DNA of 64,000 bases from Nymphaea colorata (Eukaryota), in assembly GCF_008831285.2 (NCBI RefSeq), contig NC_045138.2:14508001-14572000 (forward strand), read 5' to 3'. Shown here one piece after another: positions 52,660 to 64,000 of this stretch. A model generated the notes under the pieces. It did not search any database. It was not told the origin of the DNA and saw nothing but the letters and a program-made list of their open reading frames with translations. The position numbers and the translations under genes are program-made. Within the stretch, counting starts at the first letter, position 1, and each line of letters begins with the position of its first letter.

Positions 52660-55600
52660 TCCTTCCCTGCTTTTGCTGACTTAGCATATTCTTTTTTGAG
52701 AAAAGAAACCTATCATTTACATATATACTGAAAGTATACCTGTAAGAATCTCTCCACATGGTGAAGTTATGCATATACGTAGGAAACCAAGTAGCTACCA
52801 CACTCTCATATACCAGACTTTCATGAGAAGTAATTGGATCATTGATTCCAAAGATATTAAGCAGTAAATATCAATTTGAAAATTAGGAACACCCCATAAA
52901 GAAAGTGAGAGGGGGAGAAAGAGAGAGGTTAGAGGTTAAGGCACAAGATATTTTCATTCCAAACTCTTCGCAATTATTACTTAAAAAAGAAGCACTTCTG
53001 CTCGAAATTCTGCGTCGCAAGATCTCCAGCCATAAAATATCTCACTTTTGCATCACGTTCGCCCACAATACTTCCGGCATCTGTCACTGAAAGCTTCTTT
53101 CTTCCCAATTATTACTTGCCACACTGTCTGATCGTGATTGCTGATGGGGAAGAAGGAAAAGAATGCCTTGTTTTTTTTTGTCATGAGGATCAGTTCGCAG
53201 CAGCACGTAAGTGGCTCGCTCCCTCCAGATAGTTTGGTTTTAAAGAGTCGTTTTGAAATTGTAAATAAAGATCACTAAAAATCATTTTAGAGAACCTCTG
53301 CTTGTAGCACAGTGCCGGCCTGGCTGCATTTGGCAAGGTAGAAATATCATCTCAAACTGAAATAGGAACGAAAATTCAAATTTTAATTTTCGTTATGTTT
53401 TGATAGTCTGAAATTTTGATTTTAGAATTGAAAATAATGTGCTTCATAAAACAGAAATTAAAATTTTAGAATTGATGAACTAAAACCATCATGACATGTA
53501 CCACTGAAAGAGATGAAAAAATTTTAATTCTAATTCCACTCCCATAAAGTATAATAACAATTCCCGAATTGTGATTCAAGAACAACTCTTTAATTCCAAA
53601 ATGAAAATTCTTTGTTTTATAACATAATTTTCATTTCTTTAAAAATAAAAATTTTAATTTTAAAATTCTAGAATTCCAACCTCATCAAAATTCTAGAACA
53701 TTACTGAAATGATATTGGGTCAACATGAATTTAGAAAGTGCTTTTTAAAAATGTGAAATTATCTTAAAATAATTTAAGTTGATTTTAAAATAAGATATAA
53801 AATGTGCCAATAGGGCCCCATAAAATTATGGGGCTTGGCCTGCCAACTTGATGTCCCCCCCGTCCCCCACGCGGCACTTTCTATCATGATCTGGCAACTT
53901 TCATGAATTAAAAACATGTTTTTGAAAAAGAAAGGAGCATGAATCTATTCATTGCACCTATAAAATTATTGGTCTACAAATTCTTTCAAAAATAATTCCT
54001 ACTAGCTAAACATGACGCAATTGGCTTTCATAGGACCCCCCCTTCTCAAAATAAAAGAAACATGTAATTTTTAAAAATATTTATTTAATCTATATAAACA
54101 TTTAAAAAAATTATAGTCAAATTTTTTTGAAATTATATTTTGGTCTGCATATTTGGTCATTTCTCTTTCTTTTTTTTCCCTATAACAAGTTAGACAAACA
54201 CTTATTTTTAAACTCTTTAAATCTTGTCCTCTAACTGTGTTGATCTTAGTTATATTATACTTGTCAACTAAATGTCGACAAACTTGTCGACCTCCTATTG
54301 GTATGCAATCCATGAAAAGGGGAGCCGCAATCCGCATGACAATAATTTTTGTATCACGTATCTATCAAGAGAGTTGTTGATGGACCATCACCAATCACCA
54401 TCTTCAAAATTACTGTTTGTATGGATGTGGAAAAGAAAAAGGGCGAAAAGACGGTAAAAGTTTTCTTAAGTATACCTTGAAAGGTGAAAATTTCTAGAGG
54501 AAGAAAATTACCTTGCTTTCGTTCCTACTTATTTTTAGCCTGAAAAAGTTCAAGTCTTACAGTAAGAAAAAATTTTCACCAACTTTTGGAGATACAAAGG
54601 GAACATTTTATTCTGGTAAACTTTGACCTTGTTTGGTCGATGATGCATAGCGAAACCAGTACTTCATTTTAGTATGACAGAAATGACTTCTCATGCATTT
54701 GCTTTCTATACTTCCTTTAGAAACAAGGCATGCTTGACGAGGGTTATCTCATATATATATAACATTTTGGAGATTTTCTTACGAAAAGAATGATGAGAAA
54801 GTAGCCGCATACATACACAAACCTTGAAAGTATAAAAGTTGAACAAAACATTAAGATTTATAAATATGATAGACACTACATGTTTCAAGACTACGTCAAA
54901 ATTATAAGAACAAGATTTTTCAAATAAATTATTTGTTCAAGTAAGGCCGTGAAAAATACATTCTTGTTAGAAGAAGCAGAAGATGGATGATCTTACCACT
55001 GTGAAGAAAATTTAGACCTATATAACAAATTAAATGTAGAGAGAAAGTGGTATCCAAACTGAGTTTTCAAAAAAGAAAAAAAAATACAAAAAAATTGTTT
55101 TGCCTCTCTGTAATCATCAATGCACTCATTAATTATATATATGCACCGTGGATAGGGTTGATGACAACGCGACAGTGACTTAAGCATCGAAGTCCTCAGC
55201 GCATTTCTTCCCAAAGTTGTGACCCAAATTTTTTGGGGGTTTAGTTTGATACGTGGCGCATGTCCGCGTCCTTAGATGGATTAGATTTTATGGGAACCGA
55301 AAAAGAGTTATTTGAATGGACCATATGAAGGTTTGATCATCTATAGATGATAAAACTATAAAAATGTTCTCTTATATCAAAATTTTGTAGTTCATAAAAA
55401 AAAATTAAGTTATAGTTTAGAGGGTGACGCTTTTGAATAAATGACTTGATAAAATTCATTCCCACACGATACCCAATTACCCAAGTCCATTTAACTCTTA
55501 TATATATATATATATATATATTCATCTTTGATAGTGAAGGAAGATATAGTAAATGTCCCTTTACTGAAGCCCCAAGTATCTCTTTACAAGTCTCCATTAA

Positions 55601-56080
55601 ATTATGAGGGCATTTGTTTTACTATCGATTTTTGATTAGTTCTTACATCTTAGATTCATGGATTTAAGGTTGGAATTCTTCTGCCTCTTTCCTTATGTTA
55701 ACGTGAAAGTAATATCCAAATTATAGAGATCTTGAGAATCTTAGAAAGCACATCTTCAAGACTATAAAACACAAGCTAAACAATTTACTGATAATTCTTT
55801 CTTGATGTTTTTTCTTGCCAGGGCACGGTGGAATTCATGTGGTGTTGGCATTACCTTTTTAAAACAGATGACAAGGTACGTGACCAGATCTGTTTGACAT
55901 TGGCAAAATATATATGATATTGATATCCTAACCTCAGTTAAACCTCATGAAAGTTCAATCCCCAAGGCGTTTGAACTCTTCAAATCTCATAGTTAGGGCT
56001 TTGTTCGTTTTCTTCTTCTTCTTCTTCTCACATCTTGTAAGAGTATGGGACTGTGCGTAGTAGTGTCGGTAGCTACCATC

Positions 56081-56264
56081 CACGTGACGGCTAAGATGCG
56101 GTATTCCTTTTCAAAGACTATCACCACCACGTATTTAGCATGCCCAACTAATGCGCCACACAGTAGAGATAGAAAGAGGAAGAGAGAGAGATAGACAGGA
56201 GGAAGCCCATCCCTCGACGTTCACCGCCGGGTCTTCCACTGACTCTTTCTTTCGGGCTATAAAA
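56081..56264 (+). promoter_or_regulatory. Putative distal SDC promoter: G-box CACGTG (56081-86) and TATA box TATAAAA (56258-64)
   Basis: Motifs read directly. The TATA box is about 100 bp upstream of ATG 56361 and is followed by a CT/GA-rich leader. Confidence 0.55.
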
Positions 56265-56360
56265 AGAGGCAAAACCCGACGATTTTCTATCACTTTACTC
56301 AGCAATAGAGATTCTTCTTCTTCTCTTCTTCTGCAGGTTGCAGTTTAGAGAGAGAGAGAA

Positions 56361-56604
56361 ATGGTGGGGAGTGTGGAAGTGTCTTCAGGATACGTAAAGA
56401 ACGGGAGGAGGAAGAAGGAGGAGGCGGGTGTGGTGGTGGGTGGAGGTTTGGAGGGGAGGTGTGTGCGCAGGACGATGGGGAACTGCGTGGCGGTAAGGGA
56501 GCCGGATTCCGACGAGGAGGAGACGGGGGAGGGGGAGGCCAGGATGGCCGGCGTCCTCGCCAGGTACAGAGCCTCCCTCCTCGAGAGATCCAAGCACCAT
56601 CTCG
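56361..56604 (+). CDS. Duplicated serine decarboxylase first coding exon (exon 1a); probable alternative first exon splicing to 61046
   Basis: MVGSVEVS...[42 protein letters not shown] is homologous to SDC exon 1b, with the same phase-1 donor position. No intact copies of exons 2-5 lie before exon 1b. Confidence 0.75.
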
Positions 56605-59392
56605 GTAACGATAAGACACACACTCTCTTCCTCTCCCTCCCTCCCTCTTTATAGTTTCTCAATTGATCTCCGCTTTTCTTTGACAACGGTATCGTCTTCG
56701 AATATGCTCTCCCAACAGCATCTTCGCATATTCTCTCTCTCTCTCATGTCTTTCTTTTTCAACAAGCAAGGTGCATCTTAGTATATATATATAATATATG
56801 CTACGCACTCTCTCTTTCTCTCCCTGGTCGCTTGGAAGCTTGCATTCAACATAAAGCATCATCTCGGCGTTTACCTCTTACGCACAGACACAGGTTGAAT
56901 CCTTTGAGATGCCGATTGAAGCCCAAATCACGAATGGCGTCCAACCACAAGGTTGATTCTCTAGATAAACTGAGTTCCTTTCAGTGAGATGCTGAGAACA
57001 AAGTGCTAGTCACGATAATTCTTCACCGTCTATCTATGCAAATGAATGACAGTTAAAGAAATTCTCCCCTCTCTCTCTCTCTCTCTACCATTGTGTCCAC
57101 AATCCGCTAGGAGTTCTACTTAGTTCTTAAGGCCAGCTGCCGCACAGCTCTTCTGAATTTGTTTGCGCCTGAGTTCTCTGGTTGGAAGGTTACTTCTGCA
57201 TTTCTGGTGTTTTCAGCCGACTGACCTCTTTGGTTGCATAATGTAATTTTGTTTCTTACACACATGCATATACGCACAGCGTATGGCAACAGGTTAAACT
57301 TGTATGGTCAAGTCTTTCATCCCAACAGTAGTTTCTCTGTCACCAAGAAAAAATTAAGAGAAAAAATGCCAATTCTGCACATCACGCTGCTACTCTTTAA
57401 AGATACAGCTGATTTTAACCAAAAAGATGCATATCATAAATTTATGCGTCATGCTTCTTATGCTGTTACAACTACAGCTGATGCTTTGGTTCCTACCACA
57501 TGATTTGGGCCATCCTGTTCTTAGACCTATCTATCATATAATCCTTGAGGCCCGACTCTCCTCTCCCTTGAAGACTACACATATGGGGCTCTGTTTTTAC
57601 CTCATTATGTATCCTTTGTCTTGCACCCCACTACCTCTCTCTCTCTAGACCTCTCTCTCAGAAGAAGAACAAAACTGGGAATTAGGAAGAGGATTTTGGA
57701 AATCTGATCAGTCACCAGATTTTCTGTTTCTTAATGGCAACAACCAACCGCGTCCAACAAGATCCAAAGCGAAGCTAGGAAAATTATGCATAGAATTATC
57801 AGTTGATGCTGTTATGTGTATGTGTTTCTGCGTATGGATATCCTTTTGGGTCATCAAGTTTTCTGTTTCTCGAGGGCAACAACCACCAGCGTATTTTTAG
57901 TGACGCAATGTAAAACGTCTGAAAAAACTCGAATAAGCGTCGTAAAAGTTTTTCTGATGTCATGTGCGAACGTGAGTCTAAATTATGTCGGTGAACCATT
58001 CTTGGCTCTACCAAGAGCAGGTTTGAGTGCACTTTCTTTTTTTTTTTTTTAAATTTTAGCTCGCACGAGAATGAAACTCATGAAAATTGATGGTTATTAT
58101 TGATTGAAGGATATTGTGTGTTCGACGCCAAAGCTGACTGCAAAGGACAGAACTTCCTTATCCTTTTTAGAAGAACATGAAAAAGAAAAAATTATGTGCT
58201 GGCTTGTCATGGGCCAAGCAATCCCGTCGGTATTCTTTGTCGCCATTGACTAATGTGGCGATTGCCGTTTGTCCCCACTGGGAACAATACTTTTCCAGCC
58301 TTTTGTTGTCCCATCCTTGACCTGCAAGATAACAAAAGAAAATCCAACTAGTACAACATCTTTTTTTATTTTTTATTTAAAAAAAAATATAGAAAGGATC
58401 GATTGCTGATTCTGTATCTTTTGAGAGATTTTTTTAAAACCTGCTTGGCTATGTAAGCAAAATAAAAAGACAGAGTATAAGTCCAATTCTTTCAAAGTTG
58501 AAGAGATTGAGAGTGAAAGGAAAAAGTGTGACATCATTTCCTTTCTCTTTCATTTCAGCTTAATCCATCCACGTTTCTTTACCAGGTCTACTCTCCAACC
58601 TGATATTATTATTATTTTTTTTTAATTTTCAGTAGTGTATCAGCAGCATGTACGGGTGATATGGCAAGCAGTTTTTAAAGGAAGGAATGCATTTTTTTGC
58701 CATAACAAAGTCAAGTTTGATTGAGAAAGCCATAAGATCAAACTCATGATAAATTATTTTTAGAAGGATATTCTGTATTTTCAGACTGTTTGGGTGACAT
58801 CAAAAGTAGGCTCAAGTTTTGGGCATGTTGCACACACATAAGCCAAGCCAGGATCAAAATTCATTAAGACAAGCCGTCATCCAATCTCCTTTTAAGAGTC
58901 TCTTGGCTAGAGACAATTTTTTTTTTTGAGATTTGATGCAATCAAACACGACTTGCAATGTTTTAGATGGAAGGGGAGTAATGATATCAAATATAGAAAA
59001 TGAAAAAAATTAAGAGATTAATGCTTGAGAAGAAAAGGAAAAGAAAGAAAATTAAATAACATAAAAGCTTGTTTATATAATAAATAAAATAAAGAAACTA
59101 TGAAATACCATGTTCATTTTCTTTTCTTTTTTTTCAAAATTTTAAAAGGATTGGAGATACATTCATGTATTATTTTCTTTATTTCGTTACTTCGTATCTT
59201 ATCCAAGCAAAATTAAAAATTCTCCTTTCTCATTATTTCATTTTACTTTCTATATTATCCAAGCATATATAATCTGGTACTTTTTTTTGACACGAGTTTC
59301 GACATCAACCGGATCTATATCCAAAACGGAACGATGACTTAAAATCCAGAGTATGAGGGCAATCGAGTCATTGTGGTCAGACAGGGTCACTC

Positions 59393-59404
59393 ACGTCACG
59401 TGTC
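59393..59404 (+). promoter_or_regulatory. Tandem ACGT elements including G-box/ABRE CACGTGTC upstream of SDC exon 1b
   Basis: CACGTCACGTGTC lies about 290 bp upstream of ATG 59694. Confidence 0.4.
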
Positions 59405-59693
59405 TGAATCAAACGTCAGACTGCCCATCTTTTTATCTACATCGCCTTTCTGTCGGGAGATCGGAGAGATCGCTCAAATCGGACGGTCAGAAATCGCGGG
59501 AATCTTCGTCCCGCGCCCTAAAGAAGGGAACGGGAACCCGACCGATCCTTCCCTCTTTCCCCGTTTCTTCGAGGAGACCTCCGGAATTTTTGCTCCGGTA
59601 GGCTTTTCCGACACGCTTCCTGGGATTCTCAGGTATAGGAAATCGTAGCATCCTGGTTTAACCGGGTCTTGTTTCGCTTCGGATTGAGGAGCT

Positions 59694-62488
59694 ATGGTTG
59701 GGAGCGTCGAAGTTTCCCCAGTTGAAGCGAACGATCGGGCGAAGGCTACCGTCGATGACGTCGAGCCGTTGCCGGTGGAGTTTTACCCGTTGGAGACCTC
59801 AGATCCAGCCGATTTAGGGACGACAAATGGTGTGGGAAGCGTGGGTGGGAAGGCGGAAGGGCCGCGTGCTGGAGATGGTCGGAAGAGGGAGATCGTCTTG
59901 GGGAGGAACGTCCATACGATGAGTCTGGAAGTGACGGAGCCCGAAGCAGACGATGAGGTCACGGGAGATCGGGAGGCCTATATGGCGGGGGTCTTGGCTA
60001 GATATAGAAAATCTCTCATTGAGAGGACGAGGAATCATCTCGGTATATTCCCTGTTTTCTTTCCATGTCTTCATGTTGAACATTTTTTTTTCCTTCTGTT
60101 GTTTTTCCAATTCTCTTCATTTTTGTGGCCGTGATCGTTGCGTGAAAAAATTGGCACACACGGCTTACCGCGGTCGTGATTGCTATAGTAACATGAACAG
60201 GAATGTCAATCTTGTGCACGAAGAGTCCTAGTTTATGTGCCGATTTGGTTGTGACTCTGGGCACTGCATTTGTGTAATTCCAATTTTTGAATGGTGGCTA
60301 CGTTTCGATCCTTTTCTGTGATTGCCTATTATGGAATTTGGGCAGCCCTTTTTTGTGTATTTTTCTGAGTTGATATATTCTGCGTGAACGCTGTCCTTGA
60401 TGTATAGTGTTACTATCGTGATTATCTTTCTGAATTCGTGAACTGATTTGTCTAAAATGAATTCGCGGTCTTAGTGTGCCTCAGATCTTCATGGCAGAAT
60501 GCCTTTTTGTTGGAACTCGAGATTTTGCTTGTCTGGCGTTGTTTATAATTTTTCGAACCTTTTATATTCAAAGTGGTCTATGAGAAGAAAGTTTATTCTT
60601 GTTTGTTATACATAGCGCTAGTCATGATATATGGGTGGTACTGTATAGCTTAAGGTGGAAATTTTTTTATTTCTACGGCCACCATAGATGAGCAAATCCT
60701 TCCCCACGTAAGCTGCATGCGTACTGACTTGCGTAAGTCAAATTTTTTTATTTGTTGTTAATTGCATCATATTCCAAATGATGCTCAAGTGCCTCGCCAT
60801 TCTATAAAGTCGTCAATGATGTTATTATATCCAAATATATTCTAAACACATAATTATTTTTTTACTAATATACTAAAGTGCTGCGGCCATTCTCAACAGG
60901 GCTGGCACTTGATTTTTTTCCTGTAAATGTGGGACCAGTGTGGGCTACACGATTTAATTTAGTTCTCAATTTTCCTCGTTACGTCTATTCGCCCATTTGA
61001 GTATTCTCCGCATTTTTTAAGCTATGCTTTTCTTCCTTGTTGCAGGCTATCCATATAATCTCGATTTCGATTATGGGGCGCTGGGACAGCTGCAGCATTT
61101 CTCTATTAACAATCTTGGAGATCCTTTCATAGAGAGCAACTATGGTGTCCATTCAAGACAATTTGAAGTTGGAGTTTTGGACTGGTTTGCACGTCTTTGG
61201 GAACTGGAAAAGAATGAATACTGGGGGTACATAACGAATTGTGGTACTGAAGGAAACCTTCATGGCATTCTTGTTGGGTAAGAAGAACTGACTCGGAAGT
61301 TTCTTATTGTTATCTCCGGCATTTCTTCATTAGAAAGACAAGCAAGCATATCTTGACAGTTTCAACAGTCGATGGTTCTGACCTCCACTTGGTTCTGCAG
61401 GAGGGAAGTGTTCCCTGATGGAATTTTGTATGCCTCGAGAGAATCCCATTACTCCGTCTTCAAGGCAGCAAGAATGTACAGAATGGGTTGCATAAAAGTC
61501 AACACTCTAACCTCTGGCGAGATTGACTGTGCAGACTTCCGAACGAAGCTCCTCCAGAACAAGGACAAGCCAGCCATCATCAACGTAAACATTGGTAAGT
61601 ACAAAACCATCCCTGTTCATCTTGCATTATTTGACTCAGGTTCTTTCTCACACAATGTTGGTTTAACGCAATGCAGGAACCACGGTTAAGGGAGCTGTTG
61701 ATGATCTTGATCTGGTTATAAAAACACTCGAAGAAACTGGTTTTGGTCGCGATCGATTCTACATCCATTGCGATGGTGCATTGTTTGGACTCATGATGCC
61801 CTTCGTGAAGCGAGTATGTAGAGCTAACAGATTTCTCTTGCCGTTACGATGTTACAACGGAAGCTTTAACATATTCCTTTGTGCTGCGGTTAGTTCATGT
61901 GGTTTCTTCTCTTGTTAACAGGCACCGAAGGTTTCCTTCAAAAAGCCAATTGGAAGTGTGAGCGTTTCTGGGCACAAGTTTGTTGGTTGCCCAATGCCTT
62001 GTGGTGTTCAGATAACAAGACTCGAGCACATCAATACGCTATCAAGGAACGTTGAGTATCTGGCTTCAAGGGATGCTACCATCATGGGCAGCCGAAATGG
62101 TCATGCTCCAATCTTCCTGTGGTACACACTCAACCGCAAAGGCTACAAAGGGTTCCAAAAGGAGGTGCAGAAGTGCCTCAGGAACGCGCATTACCTTAAA
62201 GACCGTTTGCACGCGGCTGGCATCGGCGCCATGCTTAATGAACTGAGCAGCACCGTGGTGTTTGAGCGCCCGCATGATGAAGAGTTCATTCGCAAGTGGC
62301 AGCTAGCGTGCCAAGGGAATATAGCTCATGTTGTTGTCATGCCTAATATCGATATAGAGAAGCTTGATAACTTCACGAACGAGCTAATCGAGAAACGGGA
62401 GATCTGGTTCCAGGATGGAAAGGCACAAGCTCCATGCATTGCAGAAGAGATTGGCGAGGAGAGCTGTATGTGTACTCGTCACAAGTGA
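59694..62488 (+). CDS. SDC1: Serine decarboxylase (group II PLP-dependent decarboxylase, ethanolamine synthesis), 492 aa. Exons 59694-60042, 61046-61277, 61401-61594, 61677-61813, 61922-62488
   Basis: Spliced length of 1479 nt is in frame. Motifs: [92 protein letters not shown] (PLP lysine), [13 protein letters not shown]. Confidence 0.97.
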
Positions 62489-63940
62489 TCTGGTTCTCCT
62501 CTCGGCCAGATGGGAGAGTAGGTTGCAGCTTTTTTTTGTCTTCTGAAAGCAATGTCCGTATATCAGTATTGTTTTGATTTTCCTTCATGTTTCCAGTTGC
62601 AAAATATGATTTAGCATTTGGTGCCTGATTTGTTCTCAACGCTTCTATGAAGCGATGCGTCTAAATAGTATCTTCTTAGTTTTTGGCCAGTCTTCTTCGT
62701 CTTCATCATTGGCTGCAATCGATATGGTTGAGGACAATGTGTTTTAGTTTTAGAGCGTCTCTGCTGAATGATTATAGACGTTGCAATAGGCTAAGAGGTC
62801 TTTAGGCTCTCTTTATCCTGGCAACCTACACTAGGGAACAGGAGAGCCATTCAATGTTCAATTTAGAGCTCGTTCTGGTTCATCTACACCAAACTTTGGT
62901 AAGTCCCACGCAAACCATTAGTTTAGTGTTTGGCGACCATGCAGATACCTTTACGTACATCCTATGGTATTTTTTATTTTTTTTGATTTTTTTTCATCCC
63001 GAGCAAAAGTTGAAGGACCCTCGCGTTAGATTAAATAGTGTAATATTGCTGCCCATAGCACCTGCTGTGCCCGTCTAAACTCAATATAGAAATAAAGTGC
63101 AGCTAAAGTCGTCCATTGTCATACTATATCCATGTAAAACACTAATGACCATACATCTATTCAGATGGCATATCATCATATCAGCAGGGTAACAAGCCTA
63201 TCAGGGGCATATGTGTGGTCCTTGATGCATGTTGTATCAACTATCAAACGCCAGGCGACCTAGACCAGGATACTTTAAGGAAAAATGGACACCAGATAAA
63301 CAAAACATCTTAATTATTGAGCACGATATGAATCGCCATCAAATCAGATGCAACCCCTTCAAGTCAACGATGAATATAGCTTATCCAGTTGAACAAAAGT
63401 GTGAAGCTGCATTTACTCCGCAGCACAAGGAGACTCAGACATTACAACACCAGAGAGAGATAGACACAGTCTTCTTGCAACAATCATATTGAATATTCTT
63501 CAGTTTCCCACACTATTTTATGACTCAAAATACATTAAAATAAGAATCAACATATTGCTCCAACCAGTTCAACAAATAATCACATCGACAAGCCATACCA
63601 AAGTATTACCCTAAAATGACTCACTCGAAGTTGGCCAAATTCCAATGCCAAGGCAAGCTTCAACGTTGCAACTGAAGACATAGATATGCTTGGCTATGAG
63701 GTCTGAATTATCTGTCGTATGTAAGATGATGAACTCGTCTTAATCACAGAGGTCAGACACCACACACTAGAAAGCAGTCCCCTTGTTGGGCCTGGGAGCC
63801 TTAATGCATAACTTAGATATCACTGACAATACATGCTTACATAGTCTGCTTCACATATATATACAGTAAGAACGGTTAGCTCTCTCAAAAGGACCAATTT
63901 CTCCTCTTCAACAATATGAGCATGAACAAACTGAACGGCC

Positions 63941-64000
63941 CTATTTTAGATCATATCGGTTACCAGATGCATTGACGAAATCCATGGAGTTTTGCTGAGA
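63941..64000 (-). CDS. Possible 3' end of an unidentified gene entering from beyond the window (...SQQNSMDFVNASGNRYDLK*)
   Basis: An open frame runs from the window edge to TAG at 63943-63941, followed by good minus-strand splice-like signals (GTAAGC at 63840, GTGAGT at 63624). Too short to identify. Confidence 0.3.
   Translation of the reverse strand, partial: SQQNSMDFVNASGNRYDLK

Noticed and set aside
57610..57847. U12-type donor-like motifs GTATCCTTT (57610) and ATATCCTTTT (57838) between SDC exons 1a and 1b
   Set aside because: No associated exon or U12 branch point was identified; such words occur by chance in AT-rich DNA.
57974..58003. SLNYVGEPFL resembles SDC exon 2 [10 protein letters not shown], suggesting a relic exon 2 after exon 1a
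   Set aside because: Only 10 residues match, flanking similarity is absent, and a nearby GYPF is at the wrong spacing and frame, so it is plausibly chance. A tblastn of exons 2-5 against 56605-59693 should still be run, because a real hit would favour the decayed-paralog model.

Overview
Eukaryotic (flowering-plant) nuclear DNA: AT-rich, with GT-AG introns and many MITE-type insertions. The species cannot be fixed from the sequence alone. Gene models were spliced by hand. From left to right: the 3' part of a CYP76-family cytochrome P450 (2-2158, +); a degenerate tandem CYP76 pseudogene (~4841-5975); an intronless P-class PPR coding sequence (8649-10898, -); a 7-exon WAT1/UMAMIT transporter (15548-19391, +); a 2-exon, 122-aa acidic protein starting MGGCAS (20926-21409, +); a 1.87-kb non-autonomous PIF/Harbinger element; a 7-exon J-domain protein (25052-29485, +); a 29-exon transportin-1 (32818-50312, +) carrying intronic hAT and MITE insertions; and a serine decarboxylase (59694-62488, +). 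The most striking observation is a second, diverged but intact copy of SDC coding exon 1 located 3.3 kb upstream (56361-56604). It has its own TATA box and G-box and the same phase-1 donor, and differs mostly by synonymous changes in conserved blocks, so it is a probable alternative promoter and N-terminus created by exon duplication. Also notable is a miR156-related fold-back or bulged miR156-complementary site at 7456-7541.
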